A stretch of 32,000 nucleotides of DNA, from the NCBI GenBank assembly GCA_029269845.2, contig CP149973.1:420001-452000 (forward strand), in the 5' to 3' direction. The position numbers and the translations under genes were made by a program. Source of the DNA: Opitutia bacterium KCR 482 (lineage in GTDB: Bacteria; Verrucomicrobiota; Verrucomicrobiia; Opitutales; Intestinicryptomonadaceae). Shown here piece by piece: positions 23,852-32,000 of the stretch. Numbering within the stretch: position 1 is the stretch's first letter; each line of letters opens with the position of its first letter. The notes beneath the pieces are model-generated. The model saw only the letters and a program-made list of their open reading frames with translations, had not been told where the DNA came from and searched no databases.

Positions 23852-24448
23852 TTATTTTTCCTTGTTGCTTGAAATTGTCTTTGCGATGTCCGCCGCGAGT
23901 TTCGCCGCGCTTTCGTTTATAGACTCCACATACGAGGCGTTTGTTTCGCCGCAGGGCGTTTTAAACGAAAAATCCCGCGCGATTTTAAGCTTCGACGCCG
24001 CAGAATCGAGCTGCCACTTGCCCTTGAAAACCAAGTCGCCGCCGAGCGTTCCGATGCAGTCGTGGACTATGATTTTCAGGTTTAGCGCGCCGTGCGAAAG
24101 GTTCGGGTATGCGTAGATGTCGAGGTTTTCGGAAGTGGCGGAAATGTCCTCGGCGAGCACGCGCGTAAGCCCGCTCTGCGCGGACTCCGCCCATCTGTCG
24201 AACTCCGACATCGACACTATTCCGCCCTTGCCCGCCGACACAATCTGGTTGCGGTTCATGTACGAGGGAATCGTAATGGGCATGAGGTTGATGGGCGTGC
24301 GTTCCGCCACGGCGACCTTTTCCACGGGGCGGGCGCGCATTATGTAGAACACGGTTTCGTCCTTTTGCGGTTCGAGGAATCCGCCGAAGCATGACGCAAG
24401 CATCGGCAAAAGCAAAAGCGGCAGGGCTTTTCGGAATGTCTTATTCAT
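23852..24448 (-). CDS. PqiC/YmbA-like ABC-transport auxiliary lipoprotein (DUF330 family)
   Basis: Lipobox LASC in MNKTFRKALPLLLLPMLASCF. Family-like features: YIMRARP, IPSYMNRNQIV, EFDRWAES. The gene overlaps the mlaD stop by 8 nt. Confidence 0.75.
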   Translation of the reverse strand: MNKTFRKALPLLLLPMLASCFGGFLEPQKDETVFYIMRARPVEKVAVAERTPINLMPITIPSYMNRNQIVSAGKGGIVSMSEFDRWAESAQSGLTRVLAEDISATSENLDIYAYPNLSHGALNLKIIVHDCIGTLGGDLVFKGKWQLDSAASKLKIARDFSFKTPCGETNASYVESINESAAKLAADIAKTISSNKEK

Positions 24449-25454
24449 CTGATTTTCCTTTGTATTTGCCCGTCAAAAGCGAGCTTGGGTTGCGTTCGAG
24501 ATAGTCGGTAAGGTTTGAAATTGAGTTGAGGGAGTCATTGAGAGTGCGAATCATCACAGCCAGCTCGTAGCGGAGCGGCGACTGCGGCGCGACTATCGTA
24601 TCCACGTTTTTGAGCACTTTGTCCGCGTTAGAGAAGGTCTCGCGCCCAGCCGCCGACAGCGATTTCATTTCGGTTTCCGCCGATTTTACGAAAGAGTCGG
24701 CGTCGCGCATGAGGGTGTTGAGGTGCTTGGGAGCCGCCTTTGTTTCGGGGTCGGATACCACGGCGTCGGCGTTGCGGACAAGCCTGTCGGCGTCGGCAAG
24801 CAGCATGCCGAGCGAGCGCGGGGCGTTTTGAATGTGGGGGTCCGACATTAGCGCGTTTGCGCTCGCGGCAACTCCGTTCAAATTTTCGCCCATGCTTTTG
24901 AAGTCGATTTCCGAAATCTGCGTGATTGTCTTTTCGACCGCCTTTGCAAGCTCCGCCAAGCCCGACTTCGCGCTCGGAATTTCTATGCGGGCGTTCGGGC
25001 CTCTGTATTGCAGGCGGTAGTGTTCGTTCGGCTCGCCGAGGAAGTCAAGCTCAATGTAGAGCATGCCCGTTACGATGCTCTGGTAGTTGAGCTTTGCGCG
25101 AAGCCCGTCGGCGATTTGCGCCTGAATCCACGAGTCGAAGTCTCCCACCGCGCTGCCCGCCTTGCGCCTCAGCATGCCGACGTCGATAGAATAGACGACA
25201 GCCACAGAGCTTTCGCGAATGCTTTTCGGCGCGTGCCCTATCATTATGCGCTCCACCTTGCCGATGGTAACGCCCTTGTATTTCAACGGCGCGCCGACGT
25301 CCAGCCCGTTGACGCTCTCGGAAAAGTACGAGACGAACATTTCGGTCTTGGCAAAGAATTTCGCCGCCCCGAAAATCATCACCGCCGCGACCGCCAGCAC
25401 CGACGCGGCAATAACAAACATGCCTATCGCCACGGGATTTACGTTGTTTTTCAT
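24441..25454 (-). CDS. MlaD/MCE-domain protein with a long C-terminal helical extension
   Basis: N-terminal TM helix, an MCE domain (FVSYFSESVNGLDVGAPLKYKGVTIGKVERI) and a roughly 180-aa helical tail. ATGA overlap with the mlaF stop. Confidence 0.88.
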   Translation of the reverse strand: MKNNVNPVAIGMFVIAASVLAVAAVMIFGAAKFFAKTEMFVSYFSESVNGLDVGAPLKYKGVTIGKVERIMIGHAPKSIRESSVAVVYSIDVGMLRRKAGSAVGDFDSWIQAQIADGLRAKLNYQSIVTGMLYIELDFLGEPNEHYRLQYRGPNARIEIPSAKSGLAELAKAVEKTITQISEIDFKSMGENLNGVAASANALMSDPHIQNAPRSLGMLLADADRLVRNADAVVSDPETKAAPKHLNTLMRDADSFVKSAETEMKSLSAAGRETFSNADKVLKNVDTIVAPQSPLRYELAVMIRTLNDSLNSISNLTDYLERNPSSLLTGKYKGKSDE

Positions 25455-26245
25455 ATTGACTTCCCTTCTTTGGAGCGCGGATCCACGCCCCTGTTCATAA
25501 ATGTGCGGACATTTGCGTTGTCCGAATTCAAAAGTTCGCGCGGCGAGCCCACCGCCGACTGCGTCTTGGTTGTGGTGTCAAGAAATACCGCCCTGTCGGC
25601 GATGTCGAAAATGCTGGCTAGCTCGTGCGAAACGATGATTACCGTAGCCCCCAGCGAGTCTCGCAGCTGGACGATAAGCTCGTCGAGCCTGTGCGACGAA
25701 ACGGGGTCAAGCCCCGCGCTCGGTTCGTCGAAGAACAGCACCGACGGGTCGAGCGCAATGGCTCTCGCCAAGCCCGCGCGCTTGCACATGCCGCCGCTGA
25801 TTTCCGACGGGTAGAACGAACCGAAGCCGTTAAGCCCGACAAGCGAAAGTTTCAGATTCACAACGTCGGCGGCGTCGCGCGCGGAAATTCCCGTAAACTC
25901 GCGCAGGGGCAGTTCCACGTTTTCGGCGAGCGTCATGGAAGACCACAACGCGCCGCCCTGATACAGCACGCCGAACTGCCTGAGCATTGCGGTTTTTTCG
26001 CGTTCGGGGGCGTCGGAAAAATTTTCGCCCCTAAAATAGATAGTGCCCGCGGCGGGCTTTATCAGCCCTATCATGTGGCGCAAAAGCGTGCTCTTGCCGC
26101 AGCCGCTTCCGCCCATGATGAAGAAAATTTCGCCGCGCTTGACGGAAAAATTGAGGCCGCGCATGACAACGTAGTCGCCGTACGCCATTGTGAGGTTTTC
26201 GATTCTGAAGACTTCGTCGTCTGCAATGTCTGTCGGGCGGCTCAT
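25451..26245 (-). CDS. MlaF-like ABC transporter ATP-binding protein
   Basis: Walker A GGSGCGKST, signature ISGGMCKRAGLARA, Walker B LFFDEPSAGLD, H-loop VSHEL. Start at MSRPTDIAD (ATG 26245), with an ATGA overlap with the mlaE stop. The track's upstream extension is an artefact. Confidence 0.9.
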   Translation of the reverse strand: MSRPTDIADDEVFRIENLTMAYGDYVVMRGLNFSVKRGEIFFIMGGSGCGKSTLLRHMIGLIKPAAGTIYFRGENFSDAPEREKTAMLRQFGVLYQGGALWSSMTLAENVELPLREFTGISARDAADVVNLKLSLVGLNGFGSFYPSEISGGMCKRAGLARAIALDPSVLFFDEPSAGLDPVSSHRLDELIVQLRDSLGATVIIVSHELASIFDIADRAVFLDTTTKTQSAVGSPRELLNSDNANVRTFMNRGVDPRSKEGKSI

Positions 26246-27405
26246 ATGTCGAAAATTGTGAAGATTACGGCGAAAATCGCATCGGCGACGATTATCCAAG
26301 TTATGCTCTGCACCACGCTCGAAGTAGTCGCCAAGCCGACGCCCGCCGAGCTTTTCTCGCAGTTCATGCCCGCGCGGCAGCCGACGCACGCGACGATTAT
26401 CCCGAAAACAAAGCTCTTCCCCACGCCCGTGGAAATCTGGACTATGTTGAGGGCCGAAAGCGTCCTGTTGACGTACTGGTCGTAGCTGATGTCGAACATG
26501 CCCGCGCCGATTACGAAGCCGCCGAGCATGCCGATTACGTCGGCGAAAATCGTAAGAAGCGGGAACATCAGCACGAGGGCAAGAATTCGCGGGAACACCA
26601 AAAATTCGGCGGTAGAAATGCCGAACGTTCTGAACGCCGAAATCTCCTCGTTGACTTTCATCGAGCCGAGTTCGGCGGCAAACGCCGCGCCCGTCCTGCC
26701 GCTCATGACAATGCCCACCATGATTGCGCCCATTTCGCGGCACATGGCGATTCCAACCAAGTCCGCCACAAATATTTCCGAGCCGTATTTTGCAAGCTGA
26801 ATCGCGCCCACGAACGCAAGAATCAGCCCTACCAAAAAGCTAATCAGCGCGACAATCGGCAGAGCTTCGGGACCCGCCGCCTGCATTATGCCGAGCAGGT
26901 CGCAGCCCCTGTACCGCGCCTTTCCGAACGCAGCCTTTGTAGCCGCAATCGCGACTTCACCGATGAATCCGCACTGCCCGAAAAACGAGTCCGCGTATTT
27001 CATCGCCCGCACGCCGACCCTGTTTATGATGTTGAAGCGCACCCCGCCTTTCGGCGACGCGTCGGCCTCCGGAACGGCTACGGCGAGTTTCAGAAGCTCG
27101 CGCGGGCCTTTCGGCAGCGACTGCGAATCGAACTCGATTCCCAGCTGCGCGCACGCCTCGTAGCAGCGGAACAGCATGCCGACAAGCGCGGAGTCGTAGG
27201 ATTTGAGCGCGCCCGTGTCGAACGAAAGCCTTTTGATGTCGGGCGTTATCATTTGGACGATCTCGTCTACGGGCGTCCGTTTTTTTGAGAGCAGCCACAC
27301 GCCCGAAAAGCGGAGCACGGCGGTGTCGCCGTCGGCTACAAGCTGGGCGGTGGCGGAGAGTCCGCCGCCGTTTTCGGGCGTCTTTTTTTTGAATATTCCG
27401 AACAT
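26242..27405 (-). CDS. MlaE-family ABC permease with an N-terminal STAS (MlaB-like) domain
   Basis: The C-terminal roughly 260 aa are MlaE-like (GAIMVGIVMSGRTGAAFAAELGSMKVNEEISAF, multiple TM segments). The N-terminal roughly 115 aa have a STAS-like pattern (DTAVLRFSGVW...IKRLSFDTGALKSYDSALVGML). Confidence 0.88.
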   Translation of the reverse strand: MFGIFKKKTPENGGGLSATAQLVADGDTAVLRFSGVWLLSKKRTPVDEIVQMITPDIKRLSFDTGALKSYDSALVGMLFRCYEACAQLGIEFDSQSLPKGPRELLKLAVAVPEADASPKGGVRFNIINRVGVRAMKYADSFFGQCGFIGEVAIAATKAAFGKARYRGCDLLGIMQAAGPEALPIVALISFLVGLILAFVGAIQLAKYGSEIFVADLVGIAMCREMGAIMVGIVMSGRTGAAFAAELGSMKVNEEISAFRTFGISTAEFLVFPRILALVLMFPLLTIFADVIGMLGGFVIGAGMFDISYDQYVNRTLSALNIVQISTGVGKSFVFGIIVACVGCRAGMNCEKSSAGVGLATTSSVVQSITWIIVADAIFAVIFTIFDI

Positions 27406-27439
27406 TTCCCGTAAAAAATCGCACTATCGGCAAATTCCG

Positions 27440-28222
27440 CTAATCTTTCGAAATGCCCCACTTTTTGCGCAGGCGCGATTCGAGCGGCGAAAACATCACC
27501 TTGTCGACAAGCAGGCCTATCGCGATTACCACGCACATTACGCCGATAACCTGATTCATGTCCATGAGTTCGCGCCCATAGTGGAGCAGCTGTCCAAGCC
27601 CGAAGCCCGTGAGGATTGTTACATAGATTTCCGCCGCCATCAGCGAACGCCACGCGAACGCCCAGCCCTGCTTCATGCCGCCCAAAATGCTCGGGAACGC
27701 CGCGGGAAGTATGACTTTAAGCCATGTGTGAAGCCCATTAGAACCCATTGTGCGGGCGGCTCTGAGGTAAATCGGCGGAATGTTTTTCACCCCGTGCTCC
27801 GTCGCCAAAATCATCGACCACACAGTGCCCATGACGACCACGAAAAGCATTGCTGCCTCGTCCTGTCCGAACCACATAATCGCAAGCGGCACCCAGCACA
27901 CGCTCGGCAATGCCTGCAAGCCCAGCGCGAGCAGCCCGACCGTATCCTGAAAAACGTTGAAGCGCGAGCACAGCATGCCCGCGGGAATGCCGACGCACAA
28001 TCCGATTGCGTAGCCTAACAGCAGGCGTTTCAATGTGACGACAATCGCCGACGGAAGCGTGCCGTCAGCCGTGGAGTTCCAAATGTATTTCGCGACGTCC
28101 GAGGGCGGCGGAAGAGTATATTCGAAAAGCCCGAAGCGTTTTACGGCAAGCTCCCAAAGGGCAATCAGCACCGCGAACGCCGCAAGCGAGACAAGCCAGC
28201 GTTTGTAGTTTTTCTTTTTCAT
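27440..28222 (-). CDS. NitT/TauT-family ABC transporter permease (SsuC/TauC-like)
   Basis: 260-aa polytopic protein with a BPD-transport (EAA-loop) region: ARTMGSNGLHTWLKVILPAAFPSILGGMKQGWAFAWRSLMAAE. Confidence 0.85.
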   Translation of the reverse strand: MKKKNYKRWLVSLAAFAVLIALWELAVKRFGLFEYTLPPPSDVAKYIWNSTADGTLPSAIVVTLKRLLLGYAIGLCVGIPAGMLCSRFNVFQDTVGLLALGLQALPSVCWVPLAIMWFGQDEAAMLFVVVMGTVWSMILATEHGVKNIPPIYLRAARTMGSNGLHTWLKVILPAAFPSILGGMKQGWAFAWRSLMAAEIYVTILTGFGLGQLLHYGRELMDMNQVIGVMCVVIAIGLLVDKVMFSPLESRLRKKWGISKD

Positions 28223-29022
28223 TATTCGGCAACAGCCCTTCCAAACTGGTTTTTAAGAAACGACGTTATTTCCAACGCGTACGAGGTAAGCGCGGGGTCG
28301 TTGATGTCGCGCGGGCGCGGCAGGTCTATATTGAAAGTCCGCACAATTCTGCCGGGGTGCGGAGAGAACAGCACAACCCTGTCGCCGAGGCACACGGCTT
28401 CGCGGATATTGTGGGTTACGAAAAGAATCGTCTTTTTGCGCTTCTCCCAAATCTGCTGGATTTCCCCATAGAGCTGCTCGCGCGTGAGCGCGTCGAGCGC
28501 GCCGAAAGTTTCGTCCATCAGAAGAATGCGGGGGTTGGGCGCGAGCGAGCGCGCCAAAGCCACGCGCTGGCGCATGCCTCCGGAAAGCTCGTGCACCGAC
28601 GCGCGCGCAAACTGCTCCAAACCAACCAAGTGCAGGTAGAATTTGGCGACCTCCCTGCGTTCTGGGTCGGTGAGGTTGGGTTTTAGTTTCAGCCCGAACA
28701 TGACGTTCCCCATGACGTCGAGCCACGGAAAAAGCGCGTGCTCCTGAAACATCACCATGCGGTCGCGCCCCGGGCCTTTTACGGGAGTGTCCTCCACGAG
28801 GATTCTGCCCGAATCGGGTTCGTCCAAGCCCGCTACCATGTTCAACAGCGTCGATTTCCCGCAGCCGCTTGGGCCTACGAGACAGACGAATTCGCCCTCG
28901 TTGACGGTAAGGCTCACGTCTTTGAGAGCCTCTACCCGCCCCTGCGCGGAGTCGAACGTCTTGCTCACGCTGTCCACGACGAGCTTGGCCGTGACGTTTT
29001 GTAGTTCTGCCTTTACGCTCAT
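28222..29022 (-). CDS. NitT/TauT-family ABC transporter ATP-binding protein (SsuB/TauB-like)
   Basis: Walker A GPSGCGKST, signature LSGGMRQRVALARS, Walker B LLMDETFGALD, H-loop VTHNI. Start at MSVKAELQN (ATG 29022), with an ATGA overlap with the upstream stop. Confidence 0.88.
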   Translation of the reverse strand: MSVKAELQNVTAKLVVDSVSKTFDSAQGRVEALKDVSLTVNEGEFVCLVGPSGCGKSTLLNMVAGLDEPDSGRILVEDTPVKGPGRDRMVMFQEHALFPWLDVMGNVMFGLKLKPNLTDPERREVAKFYLHLVGLEQFARASVHELSGGMRQRVALARSLAPNPRILLMDETFGALDALTREQLYGEIQQIWEKRKKTILFVTHNIREAVCLGDRVVLFSPHPGRIVRTFNIDLPRPRDINDPALTSYALEITSFLKNQFGRAVAE

Positions 29023-30005
29023 TTTTTGTCGGCGTATATCGGGTTCATGTCGATTTTGCGTTTGATAAACCCGCACTGGAATGCGTAGTCGCAAAATTTT
29101 TGAAGTTCCTGCCTGTTGATTTTCGAGGTGAAAGTAAGCCGCGGCCACGCCGCTTTTACAAGCTCTTCCGAAATTTTGCCGCCCGTGATTGCCTCAAGCT
29201 CCATGCGGGCGAGCTTCTGCGCCTCTTCGGGGTTTTTGTTAATCCAGTCGGTGAGTTCGGCGTGCGCCTTTGTGAATTTTTCCACAAGGTCGGGGTATTT
29301 TTTCAACGCCCTGTTGCATGTCGCCAAAACGGTTGTCACCGTATCCTTCTGTTCTAGGAAAACCTTTCCGCCCGCTTCTTTTTCGAGGCGCGTTATCCAC
29401 GGCTCGACCGTCCAAACCGCGTCGAGATTACCGCGCTTGAAAAGCGGAAGCTGCTCGGGGTTGGGAGTTGCTATAACGTGCGCGTCGCCAGAGGCGATTT
29501 TTACCTGAATGCCGTTCGAAATCAGCCACGCCCTGCATGCGACGTCCTGCGTGTTGCCAAGCTGCGGCGTGCCTATTTTCTTGCCCTTGAAGTCGGCGGG
29601 CTTTTCTATTTTCGCAGCGGGGTTTACCACCAGCGCCGCGCCGCCGTCCGCCGAACCCGCGAGAATGCGCACATCGCGCCCGCGCGTTTTTGCGAACGCG
29701 TTGATTGCGGGGTTAGGCCCGACATAAGTAATATCGACCGCCCCCGCGAACATTGATTCCATCGCGCTCGGCCCCGCGTTGAAAAGACGCCATTTGATTT
29801 CCACGCCGTCGCCGAGCCTCGACTCGAACCACCCCTTGCCCTGTCTTGTAAGCTGGTGCGCGACCAGAGCCTGCGCGTGCGAGATATTCGGAAAATAGCC
29901 GACTTGTATCGTCCTCTTTTTATCCGCAGCCGAAAGGTTCGATATGGAAGCGAGCGAAAGCGCCGCCGCCGCCGTTAATTTCATCAGACTTTTCAATTCC
30001 ATCAT
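29019..30005 (-). CDS. NitT/TauT-family periplasmic substrate-binding protein (SsuA/TauA/NMT1-like)
   Basis: Signal peptide (MKLTAAAALSLASISNLSAA) followed by IQVGYFPNISHAQALVA... and GKKIGTPQLGNTQD, typical of this family. The start is ambiguous (ATG at 30005, 30002 or 29984). The ligand is not inferable. Confidence 0.82.
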   Translation of the reverse strand: MMELKSLMKLTAAAALSLASISNLSAADKKRTIQVGYFPNISHAQALVAHQLTRQGKGWFESRLGDGVEIKWRLFNAGPSAMESMFAGAVDITYVGPNPAINAFAKTRGRDVRILAGSADGGAALVVNPAAKIEKPADFKGKKIGTPQLGNTQDVACRAWLISNGIQVKIASGDAHVIATPNPEQLPLFKRGNLDAVWTVEPWITRLEKEAGGKVFLEQKDTVTTVLATCNRALKKYPDLVEKFTKAHAELTDWINKNPEEAQKLARMELEAITGGKISEELVKAAWPRLTFTSKINRQELQKFCDYAFQCGFIKRKIDMNPIYADKK

Positions 30006-30011
30006 GCAAAA

Positions 30012-30040
30012 AAGTAAACCAGATTTATCGGCGTTTTCAA
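30012..30040 (-). promoter_or_regulatory. Candidate promoter for the ABC/MCE/fabD array
   Basis: On the minus strand: TTGAAA (30040-30035), a 17-nt spacer, then TTACTT (30017-30012). It lies immediately downstream of the DASS terminator. If real, the mRNA would be leaderless or nearly so. Confidence 0.3.
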
Positions 30041-30120
30041 GCTTTAATGAAAAAAGCGGCTGTTAGCGAAAACGCGCGGGCGGAGGAGTCGGAACGAGCA
30101 AAACGCCGAGACACGGACGC

Positions 30121-30150
30121 AAAAAAGCCCCTCTTGCGGAGGGGCTTTTG
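30121..30150 (-). terminator. Rho-independent terminator after the DASS transporter gene
   Basis: 8-bp stem AGCCCCTC (30126-30133) pairs with GAGGGGCT (30139-30146). The A6 run at 30121-30126 gives a T run on the minus strand. Confidence 0.85.
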
Positions 30151-30171
30151 CGGAAAGTTCCGAGTCGGCTT

Positions 30172-31614
30172 TTAGAAGTATTTTATGCTTCCGAGGAAGA
30201 ACAGCAAAATGTAGCCGACCGACAGACCGATTGCGCCGACAAGTATGCCGATTGTCGCCATCTGCCTCTGGGTTGTAAGACCCGCCGAGTGCGCGATTGC
30301 GTTCGGGGGCGTACTGATGGGAAGGGCCATCGCAAGGGACGCCGAAAGCGCGACGCCCACAAGCAGCGTGGGTTCGCCGCCGAACGACGCCAGAGCGTCC
30401 TTCATGCCTGCCGCAACCGCCGCCAGAACGGGGACGAGAAGCGCGGTAGTCGCCGTGTGCGACATGAACGTCGACATTGCGTAGCACAGCAGACCCGACC
30501 CGATAATCGTAGCCGTCGCCGACCATGTTCCGAAGGGGATTGAGTCAATCATGTGCTTTGCCAAGCCCGTTTCCTGCAAGCCGACGCCGAGCGCGAAGCC
30601 GCCCGCGACGAGCCAGAGAACGTCCCAACTGATTTGTTTGAGGTCGTTCTTATCCACAATGCCCGTAACCGTGAAGACCGCCATGGGAATCATCGCCACT
30701 ACGTTAGAGTTGATGCCCGTGAATTTGTCGAACATCCACAGCAGAACCGTAACCGCGAACGTCGCGTAGATGATGTACGCCTTGCGCGACTTTTCGAAAG
30801 TGCCTTCGAACGAAATGTCGAGGGTTTTGCGGTTGAACGGGAAAAGCTTGATGAGCAGATACCACGAAACGAGTATCATCAAAATCACGAACGGAACCAT
30901 CGCGACCATCCACTGCCCGAAGCCGATTCCCAAGTTGAGACCGTCTACGTCGTTGAGGTATTTGAGCGCGATTGCGTTCGGAGGCGTGCCGATGGGCGTG
31001 CCGATACCGCCGATATTCGCCGCCACGGGGATAGCCAAGACGAGCGCGATTCTTCCCTTGCCGCTGTTTTCCATCGGCGCGAGAATCGGGGTCATGACCG
31101 CGAACATCATCGCGGTCGTCGCCGTGTTGCTCATGAACATCGAGAACACCGCCGAAACGAACATCAAGCCCAAGAGCACCGTCTGCGACTTGTTTCCGAA
31201 GGGGCTGAAAAGCACCCTCGCCAAATTTTTGTCCAAGCCGCACTTGCCCGCGCCGATTGCGAGGAAAAAGCCGCCCATGAACAGCATGATGATAGGGTCG
31301 GCAAACGTCGCCATCAGCGACTTGTATTTTATGAGTTTGCCGAACGCGCGCGCGCCCTCGACGTCTTCGCCGCGGAGGAACGAAAACGAGCTGTCGGAGA
31401 CAGTCAGGAGCATGAGCACGATTGTGAGAACCGAAGTTGTCCAAATCGGGACGGCCTCGGTAATCCACATAAGCGCGGCGAATATAAAAAGCGCAATAAC
31501 GCGCTGTTCTACAACGCTGAGATTGGCAATGTGGTAGTTTTCGGGCGACATCAACAGCGCGATGAGTCCCGCCGAGATTGATATCGTCAATGCTATTATT
31601 TGTTTCGGTTTCAT
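30172..31614 (-). CDS. DASS/SLC13-family sodium-coupled anion symporter (di/tricarboxylate or sulfate type)
   Basis: 480-aa polytopic protein. Both hairpin-tip motifs are present (SNTATTAMM and SHTATTALL), as are the GTPPNAIA / STPPNAIA repeats. An AAGGAAA ribosome-binding site lies in the 11-nt gap after the porin stop. Confidence 0.9.
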   Translation of the reverse strand: MKPKQIIALTISISAGLIALLMSPENYHIANLSVVEQRVIALFIFAALMWITEAVPIWTTSVLTIVLMLLTVSDSSFSFLRGEDVEGARAFGKLIKYKSLMATFADPIIMLFMGGFFLAIGAGKCGLDKNLARVLFSPFGNKSQTVLLGLMFVSAVFSMFMSNTATTAMMFAVMTPILAPMENSGKGRIALVLAIPVAANIGGIGTPIGTPPNAIALKYLNDVDGLNLGIGFGQWMVAMVPFVILMILVSWYLLIKLFPFNRKTLDISFEGTFEKSRKAYIIYATFAVTVLLWMFDKFTGINSNVVAMIPMAVFTVTGIVDKNDLKQISWDVLWLVAGGFALGVGLQETGLAKHMIDSIPFGTWSATATIIGSGLLCYAMSTFMSHTATTALLVPVLAAVAAGMKDALASFGGEPTLLVGVALSASLAMALPISTPPNAIAHSAGLTTQRQMATIGILVGAIGLSVGYILLFFLGSIKYF

Positions 31615-31625
31615 TTAGTGTTTCC

Positions 31626-32000
31626 TTAAAATAGAACTTGAACCTGTGTTCTGAACCAGTTTACGTCCAGCCCGTGCGCCCCGCCGACGCCTCCGTCGAA
31701 ATGCGCGTATTCGTAGCCGCTTTGGACTTTCAGATTGTCCCCGCGAATGTACCAATTCAGACCGAAGTAAAAGCTTTTCACGCGCAGGTACGGGGTGTCG
31801 CCCGAAACGTTCACGCTCTGCCTGATTACGTCCGACGGCGACACGCCGCGCCCGTCGGTGTCGAGGTACGAAAACCTGAACGCGGGGCCGATTTTCCCGA
31901 ATTCGCCGATGTCGAACTTGTACTCAACCATGTAGTTCAGACCGAACGGCAGCTGCGAGTCGTACGAGCCGTCGAGGCATTTTGCGCCGTCCGCCTGCGT
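31626..32000 (-). CDS. Outer-membrane beta-barrel porin (OprO/OprP-like), 5'-truncated by the window edge
   Basis: I translated the frame by hand and it stays open to base 32000 (..TQADGAKCLDGSYDSQLPFGLNYMVEYKFD..). It shows an alternating beta-strand pattern, aromatic girdle residues and a C-terminal ..VQVLF, typical of OM barrels. The family call is tentative. Confidence 0.65.
   Translation of the reverse strand, partial: TQADGAKCLDGSYDSQLPFGLNYMVEYKFDIGEFGKIGPAFRFSYLDTDGRGVSPSDVIRQSVNVSGDTPYLRVKSFYFGLNWYIRGDNLKVQSGYEYAHFDGGVGGAHGLDVNWFRTQVQVLF

Noticed and set aside
1-32000. CRISPR arrays, IS elements, integrases, prophage genes, toxin-antitoxin pairs, rRNA/tRNA genes and known riboswitch cores (TPP, B12, glycine, SAM).
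   Set aside because: I read through all intergenic regions on both strands and found no spaced direct-repeat array, no terminal inverted repeats flanking a transposase-like ORF and no conserved RNA core motifs. This was done by eye only; a covariance-model scan would be the decisive check.

Overview
GC-rich bacterial chromosomal window (composition judged by eye, not computed) that is almost entirely coding. I call about 30 protein genes, mostly core metabolism and envelope functions. I saw no rRNA, tRNA, CRISPR array, transposase, integrase, phage gene or recognisable defence gene.

Plus strand: a YhaM-like OB/HD nuclease, a short-form malic enzyme, a GntR regulator, class II ilvC and a ModF-like double ABC ATPase. 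Further along are a dapF homologue and rpmG; rpmG is below the ORF-track size cutoff.

Minus strand:
- an Isf-type flavoprotein;
- a serA-plsY-hom operon;
- a lipoprotein TIM-barrel enzyme;
- a very tightly packed 9 kb array: bioB-bioA-bioF-(bioG::bioC fusion)-bioD-HAD phosphatase-recD2-psd;
- an 8-gene array: NitT/TauT-type ABC importer, then STAS-fused MlaE, MlaF, MlaD, a PqiC-like lipoprotein and fabD;
- a porin-DASS symporter pair.

Ten hairpin/T-run terminators and several TTGAAA-type promoter candidates delimit these units. Nearly every gene carries a full-length antisense shadow ORF, a codon-bias artefact.

Gene content (Isf motif, BioG, MCE, porin, L33 sequence style) suggests an anaerobic diderm, possibly of the PVC group. 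That guess is low confidence.

Items most worth a second look:
1. The dapF homologue keeps the DAP-binding motifs but has Ser at both catalytic Cys positions.
2. BioB has Ser at the position of one auxiliary-cluster Cys ligand and carries extra cysteines.
3. The BioG-BioC fusion is translationally coupled to bioD and to a HAD phosphatase.
4. The composite ABC importer / MCE / fabD operon.
5. A 19-bp perfect palindrome sits at the gntR promoter.
6. Two noncoding stretches are unexplained.

I cannot demonstrate a wholly new multi-gene system from sequence alone, and the scores reflect that.
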